NCBI GenBank assembly: GCA_951406725.2
Contig: OX597819.1
Location: forward strand, 119,102,001 to 119,166,000
Direction: 5' to 3'
Length of the DNA stretch: 64,000 nt
Source: Octopus vulgaris
Lineage: Eukaryota
Part shown: piece by piece, positions 26,375-40,138 of the stretch
Position numbering within the stretch: the first letter of the stretch is position 1
How the letters are laid out: every line of letters begins with the position of its first letter
Program-made: the position numbers and the translations under genes
Notes under the pieces: model-generated
What the model saw: the letters and a program-made list of their open reading frames with translations, nothing else
The model's database searches: none
What the model was told of the DNA's origin: nothing

Positions 26375-26880
26375 CTGAGTCAATGGTTGAAGGAAAAAAT
26401 GTCACTTTCTCTAGGATTTTCAAGTCAACACTGTCAAAATGATCCAGAATAATCGACTAGACATTATTTTTAAAGACTTGGATGAAAATACTTGTAGCTG
26501 TAAGTGTTCCCACTAAAAAAATATATCTGCAAATGAATTTGACAAATTAAGTAGATATGAGGAATTGGAAATTGAAATACAAAAAATGTGACATCAAAAA
26601 ATGCGAGAACTGTTCCTGTCATTTCTAGGTGCGCTGAGTATATGAATGGGATGTCTTAGAGAAATCCAAGACATTATGTTGACAAGTGCTGCCCACATTC
26701 TTAGAAAAGCACAGTCCATTTAAATGTCGGTGCTGCATTATATGAAGTTATTTCGTTACTTCACTTCCCCAAGCTTTCAGTCATACTATAATATCTCTTA
26801 TCTCCACTCGCCCAAGGACGTTTGGCGTGCCGCGGTAAGTTATTGTAACAAACATGCAGATTAACTTAAAATACAAATGA
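26375..26880 (+). mobile_element. Third R4/Dong-type RLE 3' fragment
   Basis: DFQVNTVKMIQNNRLDIIFKD..EFDKLSRYEELEIEIQKM..TVPVI..LREIQDIMLTSAAHILRKA. Confidence 0.7.
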
Positions 26881-26884
26881 CAAT

Positions 26885-27095
26885 AGCTTCAAATTTGGCA
26901 CATGGAAAGAAGTTTTTGGGTGGAGCTAAAGGGATTACATTTACCCCCAGCTCAACTTTTACTTTTTTTATTCACCCCAGAAGTATTAAAGGCATAGTGG
27001 ACCTGTGCGGAAGTTGAACTCAGAAAGTAGCAGCAAATGAATCATCGCTCAACATTCCATCCGGCGTGCTAACGATTCTGCCAGCACACCGCCTT
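26885..27095 (-). mobile_element. Decayed SINE family A
   Basis: aaaggcatagtggacctgtgcggaagttgaactcagaa...cggcgtgctaacgattctgccagcacaccgcctt. Confidence 0.7.
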
Positions 27096-27099
27096 AAAA

Positions 27100-27322
<223 letters not shown>

Positions 27323-28151
27323 TAACCATTAATAAATAAATACGTGATCTGATGTCTACCAGGTATAGAAATACGTAAAGGTAATTACTTGCAGACATTT
27401 TGTTGTGCAGTTTACTTTTTCTGCCAAAGTTACCATCGACATTCACGTCTTATTAGAGATTCATTGTTAACTGTAAATTCGTTTCGTCTCTCACTATTTC
27501 AGTCAGCATAATATTCAGGAAATGTATAGCCATCTACCGCAACATAAATTATATATATACTGATTCCCGAGAAAGATCAAAAGAATGAATGTTGAATGGA
27601 GAATGACAGACAAAAAAAAAATATAGAAGTGTGAAAAGAAAGGGAATGCAATAAAGATGAAAGTGAAAGTAAGGAAGTGAGATGGGAATAATACAAAAAG
27701 AAATAATGAATTCAAAAGTAGCATTTCATACAACCATTGCTGTTTTGTCACGAATTACTAATTCTAAAATATACATAACAACATTTATTAATTATATCAA
27801 ATGCAAAAGCATGTTTTTCTCTTTGAAATTACTTCTCCTGTGATTCAAAATATTTCTGCTATTAAAAGAGGGGAAAAAATGACAAACAAAAGCGAATAGT
27901 AAGACAGCAAAGTTGAGTGGTAAAAATGTTAATGTTATATTACCTGTTTTGAAAAATCTTACATAAGTTTTACTATAATTTTGTTTTGTATTTTTATAAT
28001 TTCAGATTTGTTTCTTATTAGATATTATAGTATAGTACCATGCATACCCTAGAATACAATTGGTTCTACACTGTAGAAAACAGTACTTGATTGAGAGAAG
28101 TAAGCAGCAATTACAATGCCATGCATTTAGGTATCAATATTTGGGCCTTTG

Positions 28152-28548
28152 AAGGCGGTGACTTGGCAGAAACGTTAGCACGCCGGGCAAAATTCTTAGC
28201 ACTATTTCGTCTGCCGTTACGTTCTTAGTTCAAATTCCGCCGCGGTCGACTTCGCCTTTTATCCTTCCAGGGTCGATAAATTAAGTACCAGTTACTTTGT
28301 CTGTTCTTGTTTGTCCCCTCTATATTTAGCCCCTTAGAAATAAGAAACGTTAGCATGCAAGGCGAAATGCTTAACGATATTTCGTCTGTCTTTACTTTCT
28401 GAGTTCAAATTCTGCCGAGGTCGACTTTGCCATTTATTATTTCGGGCTCGATAAATTAAATACCAGTTGTGTACTGGGATCGATCTAATCGACTGGCACC
28501 TATCCCGCAAAAAATTTTGTGTCTTATGCCTAGAGTAGAAAAGGATAT
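28152..28548 (+). mobile_element. Two tandem/nested SINE family A copies
   Basis: aaggcggtgacttggcagaaacgttagc...; second copy resumes at gaaacgttagc (28344). Confidence 0.8.
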
Positions 28549-29139
28549 TTGAGCCTTTGAAATTCGACAGCCCGGACAACATGCTTAATATAATTTCTGA
28601 TAGTTTATGTTTTGAGTTCACAAGATCTCAAGATCGAAATTTACCTTTTACTTTATAGCGTCAATGGCATAATTACTGTTTGATAATTAGAACTGATATG
28701 AACATCTTCACTCCAATGATAAAATTGCTAGCGTTGTGCAAAAAACGAAAGAGCGAAAGAAATATTGGAACATTTGTATATAATGCGTAATTTCAGAATT
28801 CTGATTCAGAATGTAATTCATTTTATATTGTCATACTTACAATCATTGATATGCATTTCTCTAAAAATAAATCATAAATATTGGTCTAAAAAATGTGGAA
28901 TATTTACTAACATGAATTAAATAAAATCTACATGAGCTTACATCGCAATATCAGCTTCTTGGCTGTTGTGATCTCGATACATTTCACTGGCTGTGAATAT
29001 GTATCGCGAACATGAAGAAAAACATTCATACAAACTGATGCAATATCTTAAGTCACTGCTGTTAAAATGCTGTGAAATCGTAGCATTCAACGAAATTAAG
29101 AAATGGTGGCTATATTTACATTGTTTACGTTGGACGGGT

Positions 29140-29245
29140 ATGTGTTCTCATCTTGTTTGTTGTTACCACAACGTTTCATTCAGACTTCATCAGGTGTCCT
29201 GGTAGAATTTTCAACCCAATACCTGATGAAGGCCAGAATTCCTCA
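29140..29245 (-). ncRNA. Decayed HHR-bearing repeat fragment
   Basis: Minus strand cac-CTGATGA-agtctgaat-GAAAC-GTT-gtg (29166-29197); helix II collapsed; a second cctgatgaagg on + at ~29222. Confidence 0.4.
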
Positions 29246-32091
29246 TCTCTAAAATATAGAACATATATGGTGACTGGTTGGTCGGAATCATTCTGATGGG
29301 CTACGTTCTGAATGAGTTCCTTTTCGGAAGTATTACTAAAGTACGGTTATGAAGAACATCTTCGAAATACAATCAGACACTTACATGTCGCAGAGTTTTT
29401 CCTTGTTTCTTTCTAAAATCACACAATGCAATCGTGTTTCTAAGCTTATAAACTTAATTAAATAAAGGAGAACTGAATTTAAAAAAATAAATTGGCGTCA
29501 ATTCCGTAAAGGCAGTTACTGAAATTTCTCGCAAATCATTGCGTGTTTTCTTTAAAACGGGAAGTTTCACGCTGGCTACTATAGACAGCGTTAAAGATTG
29601 TCTATTTATTTATGGCTGCCATCATAAAGTTGACTTAATATTAATTATGTAGTAAATGCATTTCGTAAAATATTAATTACTTGTGTGTCCTTAGGAGTAT
29701 TTCTGACGTTTATGACAAAAATATGGCAATATTAATGTGCAGAATACCTTGCGTGAATCATGTGAACTTTCATCAATTCTACACTGCATAAACTTTTACA
29801 TAATGGACAGAGATTAATATATATTTAGCTTGTTTCATTTCTAACTGCATTACTGTTGTTTATACTATGCTTTGTTGGATTAGAGAGGGCAGAACATGAT
29901 ACATAGAGTAAAGAAGGATAGACCTATACTACCCGAGAAAAGTTTGTTTTCATGATTTTGAAATATTATACTCGTCTAATAAACTGCAAGAACAACTGAA
30001 TAACAAGTGAAGAACGTGATCTTACACTCTATTTTATATTTTGTAAATATAATCCAGTTATTTACCCCCACTTCAAAAATTATTGTTTAACAAACACTGA
30101 ACACAGATTAGAGAAAGATACTTAAAGAAGCAAAAGTGTATGGCAAAACCGTACTTGATATTTTGACCTTTGCCTAAGTTTTCTCGTTAGCGATCACGGA
30201 GAATTAACCAGCAGTATTATATATCATGAACTCGTAAAATAAAACAGACACAGGAAACGATATCACAGAATTATTCAGGGTGTGTTAAAATCTGTCACAA
30301 TTTATACTTTGGCAAAACAAGTTGTGAGAATAAATTTCCTGAACAACTGTTCTTTTGATAGGAATATAAGATGACAGTTCCAAAGCAGAAGTATGTTTCT
30401 TGGGCGAAGATAAAGGTGAATGTAAATAGAGTGTTACATCTCATTGAATTTTTGGAGTTTCATCGCCTCGAGGATATATTCAGGAATTCGACCGCTTCAA
30501 TGCCTTCCTTTGTGGTCTTTCTATTAGCGCTGAACCTATGACCAAAGCAATTTTCTATCTCAATCGTTTCAATTGAGTACGAAATGAATCTTTTAAGTTC
30601 TCTGCGTTGAAATCACTGATTTCACATAACTGAAGACGGATTGAATGGAAAATGCCCGGTGGGCACGAGATCAATTGATGTTCGCGATACAGAAGAGACA
30701 AGGCAATATCTACATTCAGGCACCATTGACCCATAAACAGCTTTTCTGGCGTAGCCTGTATTTGTATACACTATAACAAAGCAATGAGAATCATAAGGCT
30801 TCTAATTAACATAACTAAATGGGGTTTTAGATTTAAATCATTAGTGTTACCCACAACTCCACTCATAGTATTCACTTCAATTAGTAAAATCGTCTGCAAC
30901 ATTGTGAGACATATACATGACTTCTTTTCATGGGAATATATCTATAAATATATTAACTCTGATAGGAACACAATATATGATCTGAAGACATTTATTAGTG
31001 GAAGAAATGAAGACACTCATGGAAGGACACACTCACATGCGTGCGCACGCACACAATAATTCATGCTCAATTGTATACATATACTCACCTACAATAACAC
31101 AGAACCCCAAAGTGTGTGCATGTAACTTCAACCGCACGCCGATATACATATATAAAATATATACATTCATACATACATACAGGCATGATGTTAATGATAA
31201 TGCTAATAATAATGATGATTTTGATGCAGATGACGACGATAATTTTGAGGGCTTCTTCGACAAATATTAGAATGGACAATTGTCAACGAAAAAAAGCCTA
31301 CTTTGAAAGTGAGTAGAAAAATATGATTAGTAGAGGAGGAAGTTTAGATGATTGATAAATATGATAACTAGTTATTTTCGTAAACACAAAATATATAGAA
31401 TTTGTAGACCTTGTCACTAACGAAAGAATTTGGGTTTGATATTTGTAATTTTAATTGAAACAAAATCTCTCTCTTTATGTCGTGTGACATGGATTTTGGG
31501 TAAGCATGAATATATATTATTACATTAGGAAGCTGCCTTCAGTTGTCTCAGTCGACTTAGATGTGCAGATGAAGTTTAGTTAAATTTAACATGATTTTTA
31601 ACTAATTTCTAACAAGGCTATGTTATTAAAGACACATCTAGAAGTAGACCTATATGCAAGAACATTTCAAGAATATTTTCGCTATATTTCCCGATGCTTT
31701 TGCGTTTTTGTTTTCTTCGCTGAGGCTGTCCTATATATCTCACTACAAGGTGGACGTATTGAGAATTAAGCGTAAGCTTCAATGCGCCGGACATGGAACA
31801 GTGTGCGGTGTGCTACATGTGATTAGTACCATAAAAATTGTACATGCATACCTACATATATAGTAAAAATATGGAAAACATTTATTTGTTTTTTTGAAGT
31901 TGATGATGACATTGGTTTTGTTACTTTCATTCCAACGATGAAATTTCAGGTTTAGTCAGCAACCACTACCTCCAAAGGTGGAAGGAATTAAATTATTAAA
32001 AAGAGAAGAAACTTTTTTCTGTTGGTGTATGTGTGAACGTTGCCCATGTGTGTGTGTGCATGTTTACACGTGTGTGTCTCAGTGAGTGTAG

Positions 32092-32182
<91 letters not shown>

Positions 32183-32770
32183 TATATACATTTACAAACA
32201 GAGTAGATAATGACTTCGGTCAGTAATGATTTCATCCGACGTTGTTTGGAAAATGCGTGCTCTTTGTGTATATGAGTGTATATGTATACAGGTATTTTGC
32301 GCGAAAGTAATGAGTTTAATACGAATAATTCATAAGCCTTAACCAAGAAAGAATCAAGTAGAAATGACCCTAGATATACGATAAAGAATGGTAACACAGA
32401 AATTTCAAAATCAAGCATTGTCATTGTAAATTTTACAAACTGAGAATAGTCTATGTTTGCCGGGTAAATAATACAGATTGAAGTGTTGAGGTATGCGAAT
32501 GGTACATTGTGAGACATGTAGAGGGTAGATACGCTTTGCAGCAAAGTGTACCTTAAATTGTACCTAGGTGGGACTCGAGTATCCGCGTTGTACAGAAGCA
32601 TATCCTGTTAATTCGCCACGAGTTAGAATATGAGTGGCTTATCATCAAAACGGTTAATTAGACCATTCTATTTTTTTTTTTTATTTTACAATAATGTAAC
32701 TTGTTCCAATTAAGTGAATCTACCGCTACAATCTATTTAGTGAAGAGCACATTGAAGCTGTGGAATTATA

Positions 32771-34050
32771 TTAGGTTGTCAAGTATGAAATTTGTATAAA
32801 CGATAAAAATGTTTGCTAATATTTTATAAATACAAGGAATAGTTTATTCATCAAAGTATTCCCCCATATTGTCAATATTATTTTGGCACTTCAGCGGTAG
32901 ATTGTCCAGCCCAGAACTGTAAAAGCCTGGTAATCTAGAGTCAATAAAGTATTGGAAGGTTTGTTTTAAAGCATTGTCTGAATTAATTTTTTCCTGGCAA
33001 GAATGTATCCAAATTCTGGCAGAAGTGATAGTCAATAGGCACAGGTTCAGCTGAGTATGGTGGTGGATGGAGAAATTCCAACTCCAAAACATGTAGTTTC
33101 ACCAATGTCATTTTTCGAAGTGTGGTCTGTAGTTGTCTTGCAGTAAAATATGAGTAGATCTGTTGACTAAACTAAGCTGTTTATTTGTAAGTTTCCGCAT
33201 CAGTTCGTCCAGTTGGCTACAGTAAACTTCGACCACGATTGAGGGGCCAGGTTTAAGGAAATCATTATAAATCACACCGGCGCCAGACCAACAAACATTC
33301 ACCATCCGCTTTTTTGATGAATTTTGCTTTGTAGACTGTGTTTTGGTGGCTCGACCTTGTCCAGTCATTGTACTGAACGTGCACGGCTGTTGTATTGCAT
33401 CCATATCTCATCACATCTTAGAATTCGATAAATAATTACTCATTTTTGTGACGAGAAGGAAGCATAATGCAAGCTTCCAAACGTTGCTATTTCTGATTTT
33501 CCTTGAGTTCATGTAGAACCCACTTATCAAAATTTGTCACTTTACCGATTTGAACTAGGTGAGTCAATATTGTTTACGTGCTAACACCAAACAACAACGA
33601 TAATTCACCGGCACTATGAGATGGATCTGTCTCGACGGTGGCGTTCAGCTTATCATTATCCACTTTTGTTTCTGGTCGACCACGTTGCTCATTCGTGAGA
33701 TCAAGGTTATCAGAACGAAATTTTGTAAACCAACTTGATACATTCTGTTGTGTAATAACATTAGAATGAAATACTCCATTAATATACCGAGCTGTCTGTG
33801 ATGTTGTATTTCCAAGAAAGAATTCATATTTCAAAACTGTACGAATTTCCTACTTATCCAGTTCTAAAAAAAATATCAAAAAACGATTTGCAAATACTTT
33901 ATAAAGCGCAAAATAAGATAGAATAAAGAAATAGATGTGGCATCATTCTAATAAAAAATAAACATTGTCAAAATATGATAATGGCGCAAAATAAACAGCT
34001 GTCAAAATTTACCATATACGTTACTACAAATTTCATACTTGATGAACTAA
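32771..34050 (-). mobile_element. Full-length decayed mariner (cecropia/Hsmar1-like), 1280 bp
   Basis: TIRs ttaggttgtcaagtatgaaatttgta / tacaaatttcatacttgatgaactaa; TA on the left; peptides EIRTVLKYEF, RGRPETKVDNDKL, CWSGAGVIYNDFLKPG, LLQDNYRPH, GEYFDE*; multiple stops and frameshifts. Confidence 0.9.
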
Positions 34051-34568
34051 CATTTCAAGCATTACGGCCACCCCAAAACTGCCGTAGTAACGTCAAGTGT
34101 CTACAACATTGGTGCTGTATCAAACAAAAGGATTGAGCAAGGGTGTTCTGAAGAATACTGTCGGCATTCACTGAAAATCATAGTAAAAGGCTTTTTTCTA
34201 ATGTATAAAGATCTTACATTATAAAACCATCAACAGTTGTGGCACAAGGAAAAAGCAACGAACTAGAACGCTCAAATCCTGGATGAATATTTCTTCACGT
34301 TTGCGGTTCCATAGCTGAGTGTTAGTATCACTGCCAGGAACATAATATTTAGCAATTTGAAATCAAATGGGCCTGAATATAGAATTACAATGCGTCTATA
34401 GATTATATTGAAGTTGAAAGTGAAATGTATATTAACAAACACTAACTTTATATTATCATTCTTTATATGAATGCACTTTTGGGACAAGATGTATATTATG
34501 TGTCCATTAGATAGAGAGAGAGATACACACATACACACAAACCTGCGTGTGCTCACAGACACGCGCAC

Positions 34569-34625
<57 letters not shown>

Positions 34626-34629
34626 CCTA

Positions 34630-34800
34630 TATCTTCAAATTCCACTGAGGTCGACATAGCCAATCATCAGTTTCGGGGTCGATTAAATAAGTACCAGTTG
34701 AGCAATGCAGGCGATATAATTGACCTACCCACTCAGTGAAGCAACTGACCTGCTCCCGTAATTTGAAACCAATATTAAGAGCGCCCCCAAGAATATTTTA
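34630..34800 (+). mobile_element. Decayed SINE family A fragment
   Basis: ttcaaattccactgaggtcgacatagcc..tcggggtcgattaaataagtaccagtt. Confidence 0.65.
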
Positions 34801-35179
34801 CAATAGATTAAGCTTTCTTTGTCAGTTAAAACAGATCGACATAAAGACAGACACACTAACACAAGCAGGGACACACACAGACACACACAAGAAAATACAC
34901 ACACACAAGAACATACACACACACATATGCACACATATATATATACGAGAACAGCATTATATAAATTTGTATATATATATCGATTACTTGAATGGTAATT
35001 CCATTTACATATGTTCACAATTTGCTTCACACTTCGCTGCTTCGAATCAATTGTTTCGTGTTTACTCCATTATATACACGAAAGGAAATTGTATATAAAA
35101 TTCTATAAAAATTAGAAAGAAATATATAACTATGTATTTCTCCCTATCTATCTATAACCGCCTATCACTCTCTCCCCTC

Positions 35180-35246
<67 letters not shown>

Positions 35247-35640
35247 GGTACTTTTAAGTCAAATTTAAATCAAGCTATATTATTTACTCAATGGAGCAGA
35301 ACACATTATGTTATAATTTCAAACGGAGGAAGGCTAAACTATGTTGAAGCTATTATATCGAAGCTTCACTTGATTAATAAGTTAAGTGTTTCTTCGATTA
35401 CCTTCGTCTTATACATCAATTAAAATTGTGATCAAATTTAATCGCATTAAATCTATTGGGGTCTCTTAATGGTAAAGTTGCTGGTCGCTTGTGTGGAGTT
35501 GAACTTTTTTTGTTTTGATTTTGATTTCCACTTTTGTGGATGATCGATCAAATCTAGAATGTGTATTCGTATCTTGTCTTAGACTAAGTGGGAGTGTGTG
35601 TGGCAGAAACGTTAGAGCAAAAACACAATTTGTGTTATTT

Positions 35641-36385
35641 GGAATCTCTACTTCTTGACCGACAGATTTGAAAAATAATTTTTTATAACTAAACACTTTC
35701 AAACTTCGTATACTGGTATAATGTGTCACATAAAACATATTTTACTCTTGGCGTTGTTGGGAAAATTCTGTATTTTGGAAGTTATTTCATGTTAAAATCG
35801 TATTTCGGTAATTTCAACCAATCAATGACGTGTATTCAGCTGAATAAAATGACTGCTGGTGTTTGTCAACAATTACTTTCGGTGGTCTCTATTTCGTACG
35901 TAACTGTTATTTATGACATATTTCATCTCAGTTACGTTTGTATGAATAAACGCGTGTATCTGAAGCATGTTTTCTTCATGGCATCACCATAATTGTTCGT
36001 GCTTCATTTTTCCCCTTTTTCCGTACCTCTAGCCCTAAATCCTCAACCCTAGCACTAACCCTAACCCTAAAACCTTAACCCTAACTCTAACCATAAAACC
36101 ATAACCTTAACCCTAACCATAAACCTAAAACCCTAACCCTAAAACACTATCCCTAACCCTAACCCTAAAACCCTAGCCCTAAGCGTAATCCTAAAACACT
36201 AGCCATAGCCCTAAAACCCTGACCCTAAAAGCTTAGAGCTAAAACCAGTATAACTGCACAAACAAATATGCGAATATTTGTTTGTGTTATTCAAAGTGTT
36301 AGTTACAAAAAAAACCCAACTTTTTTTGAAAGTGATAGTTGCAATACATTTTTTTCTTAATCTGTCGGTCACAAGGTAAAGATCC
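35641..36385. mobile_element. Non-autonomous TIR DNA transposon (MITE-like) with internal telomere-like repeats
   Basis: ~60-bp imperfect TIRs ggaatctctacttcttgaccgacagatt.. / ..aatctgtcggtcacaaggtaaagatcc; flanking direct repeat gttattt (35634-35640, 36386-36392). Confidence 0.75.
36029..36248 (+). repeat. Degenerate interstitial (CCCTAA)n telomere-like array
   Basis: ccctaaccctaaaaccttaaccctaactctaacc... about 220 bp. Confidence 0.9.
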
Positions 36386-36947
36386 GTTATTTGTTCTCAT
36401 TTATTGTATTCGGGATTCAAATCCTGAGTAAATAATATAATTTATGAGTAAATGGACTGAAGTAAGAGATTTCAACTACCGTCGAAATTCCTGGCCTCAG
36501 GCATGAAAGAGAAGCAATGATATGCCTCATGGAACACTTTCAAATAGGTCATTCATTGAATAATTTTGGTACATTCCGACCTGGTGGATATTTCGCTGCT
36601 TTTTCTTGGGCCATAGGGACCCATTAAAAATACTCCTTAGTTTCATTGCTGAGGTTTAACTTCTAATTCGCATAATATCTAGGAAAGGCAAGACACAACT
36701 TATACCGACGTGTGTACATAGGCGCAGTTGTTTACGAGGGAATTTGAAATCAGCACGTGAGATGCCAGAAGAAACTCTGCTACAGTTTTCTTTTTGCGAC
36801 GCTCTAATTATTCTGTGAACTTATAGACTTTTGAAAGCGAAACAAGAACACCGTTTATAGTAGTTGCAAAGTTTCGACGAAAACAGTAACACTAATAGAG
36901 AGATGATCAGGCGATTCAACCGACCTCATTGCTCATACCAGATCGTC

Positions 36948-37518
<571 letters not shown>

Positions 37519-37538
37519 GATGATGAAGCTGGGGATGC

Positions 37539-37943
37539 TTGTTTGTTTGTTTCTTTGTTTGTTGAGCGAATATGTCTTCGTCCCAGAGCTCGCAAGATCG
37601 CGTCTCAGGGAGAAGTCCGAAACGTGCTCCTTTTGCTATTCGTAAGACCCGCAGAAGAGAAAGCAGGTCAACCCCCGACACCGAGAGCATCGACGGATGG
37701 ATGAATGCGCATCCAGGCTCAACGGTTGCGTAGGAAGTCGGGGACAAGAAACAGGAAGTAGTGAGAGTGAGAGAAAGTTGAGGCGAAAGAGTACAACAGG
37801 GGACGCCACCACCCCCTGCCGGAGCCTCGTGGAGCTTTAGGTGTTTTCGCTCAATAAACACACGCAACGCCCAGTTTCGGATTCGAAACCGTGATCATCC
37901 GACCGCGAGTCTGCTGCCCTAACCGCTGGGTCATTGCGCCTCC
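37539..37943 (-). mobile_element. Full-length SINE family C, tail type 2
   Basis: tRNA-like head ggaggcgcaatgacccagcggttagggcagcagactcgcggtc..ggtttcgaatcc; (CAAA)n tail; approximate TSD gctggggatgct/gctggtaatgct. Confidence 0.85.
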
Positions 37944-37959
37944 ACTTGCTGGTAATGCT

Positions 37960-38008
37960 GATCATGCTGATGATAATGGTAATGATGATGATGGTAATGG
38001 TGATGATA

Positions 38009-38054
<46 letters not shown>

Positions 38055-38058
38055 GGAC

Positions 38059-38089
<31 letters not shown>

Positions 38090-38125
38090 GTGATGATGGT
38101 GATGATGATGATGACGATGATGAAT
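37960..38125. repeat. (GAT)n microsatellite
   Basis: Direct reading; source of poly-D/H/M ORFs. Confidence 0.95.
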
Positions 38126-39305
38126 GGGATTATACATTTATTTCAGTGAGAACGTTGCTTTCGTGTTTCTAATTAGATTTTATGAAATGTACATGAGGTT
38201 GAATTATGTTCGTATTTATAGCTAACCTGTTATCATAAGGCGTTATATGTCTCTGAACATTTATATAAGTTGTGAGGGATATCTGTGAACTTGCATGTGT
38301 GTGCGTGTGTGCATACGTGGGTGTGTGTGTGTGTGTGTGTTTGCGTCCGTGTGTGTTTGTCTATGTGCGGTGCTTTTCTTTGTAATTGTGTTTGTATGTG
38401 TGCATGAGTGTACGTTTGTGTGAGAGTGTACTTGCGTATGTTTTTGTTTGTGTGTTTGTGTCTGTGTGACCGTGTTTGTGTGAGTGTGTATGTGTGTGTG
38501 CGTTTGTGTGGGGGCTGCTCTTAAATAATTGCGTTGGAATATGCGTATGAATAAAATAGTAGTTTGTTAAAACTATAAGTGTTTGTTAACTTTATGTATG
38601 ATTATAAACACTCGACGATTTAGCATTGCGTGTATATGAATCTGCATTTCATTATTAATAAACATTAGGAGTAAGAAATATTATCGATATCGTTATTTAA
38701 AATCAATCAATATTTTGTAAGCCCGAAAGAAGGATGTACGTGATCAGGAATTGAAGAATTACTATTTGTTTAATAACTGCAATTTTCCTCGAATTAATTA
38801 TCAAAATAAACTAGTCGCTTTTCTTATACTATAATATAGAATAGATTTTAAGCTCCATATTTTTCTAACTTTCATACACCGCCGCCAAATTTCACGCTAA
38901 ACGTCATCACTCCGTAAACGTTACTTTGTGCATTTCACAAACTCGGTAGTTCTGTCACGCTAATTCGGCTTGGATTACTCCAGTTTATGTCATGCAAATG
39001 ATTGCCAACATTGCGGAAATCTCATTTCCAGCGCTAATCTAATCACAAGAAGCACGACTCATGCAGTGTTTCCACATTCCCTTCCTGCTTTCGACTTGTC
39101 TTCATAGGATGCACTCATGAGAAAACTCATCTAAATTATAATCGAGTATAATACTAATCTCATCGGTGAGCTCGTACACGAAGTTCTATGCAATGCTATG
39201 ATTCTAGTAGTTGCTAGTCTCCGAGAAATCTTCACAGGAATATTCTCAAACGCGCCATAGCAAAGACGGATATATTCACATGCACAGGCATAGATACTAT
39301 CGAAG

Positions 39306-39379
39306 AGATAGATAGATAGATAGTTGGATGGATAGATGGATGGATAGTTGGATGGATGGATGGATGGATGGAAGGAATG

Positions 39380-39410
<31 letters not shown>

Positions 39411-39523
39411 GATAGATAGATAGATAAATAGATATATAGATAGATAAATGGATACATAGATAGATTGATAGATAGATATATTGATAGATAGATAGATATA
39501 TAGATAGATAGATAGATAGATAT

Positions 39524-39570
<47 letters not shown>

Positions 39571-39630
39571 TATAGATAGATAGATAGATAGATAGACAGA
39601 TATATAGATAGATAGATAGATAGATAGATA
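39306..39630. repeat. (GATA)n/(GATG)n microsatellite
   Basis: Direct reading. Confidence 0.95.
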
Positions 39631-39635
39631 GGTTT

Positions 39636-39707
39636 ATGCAGCTGATAATGACAAATCAAATATACGTTGGCAAACGTATTTTGGAGAGTCTGAAACCGGT
39701 CCTGCAT
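39636..39707 (+). ncRNA. Hammerhead ribozyme, copy 1 (G8A core change)
   Basis: atgcag-CTGATAA-long helix II-GAAA-ccgg-TC-ctgcat. Confidence 0.65.
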
Positions 39708-40066
39708 TACCCGTTTCTAGGTTTTTCATTTTTCAGATGTTCTTCCTAGAGGTAAGACAATTGTTTTCATGTTTGTTGCACACACACGTCTTTACTAGTA
39801 CATACGCAGTGAAGCTAAAAAAATTAGCGTCGTATTTATTACGTTCGCTATTTTCCAGGAAATATCGGTGCTTCGTTGTGCCATTTATTAATTTTTATAT
39901 GTATAATTGTACCCTTACGGGCTATCCTTTAATGGAAAGCAATACTCTCGTATTGCATTTCTATTTTCATTGAAACTTCTTCACTGTTCTCGTTCTGTTA
40001 ACGCTTTGGCGTTCAGACGAGTGTACTGGCATCGATGTGGCAACATTTGAAATGTTGTTGAGGTTT

Positions 40067-40138
40067 ATGCAGCTGATGATGACAAATCAAATATACGTTG
40101 GCAGACGTATTTTGGAGAGTCTGAAACCGGTCCTGCAT
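40067..40138 (+). ncRNA. Hammerhead ribozyme, copy 2 (intact core)
   Basis: atgcag-CTGATGA-tgacaaatcaaatatacgt tggcag acgtattttggagagtct-GAAA-ccgg-TC-ctgcat: 6-bp helix I, palindromic ACCGGU helix III, GUC triplet. Confidence 0.8.

Noticed and set aside
28975-29010. Small hairpin whose minus strand contains tcacagccag (miR-2-like seed)
   Set aside because: The match spans the loop and the hairpin is too short for a pre-miRNA
31760-31830. KRKLQCAGH peptide resembling the RTE RT C-terminal WAGH motif
   Set aside because: Too short and unsupported by flanking homology
36029-36248. True telomere or chromosome-fusion scar
   Set aside because: Short, degenerate, single-orientation array enclosed by TIRs
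37870-37943. tRNA-like sequence (also the heads of SINE A and B)
   Set aside because: Continuous with SINE bodies and lacks a clean cloverleaf; SINE heads rather than tRNA genes
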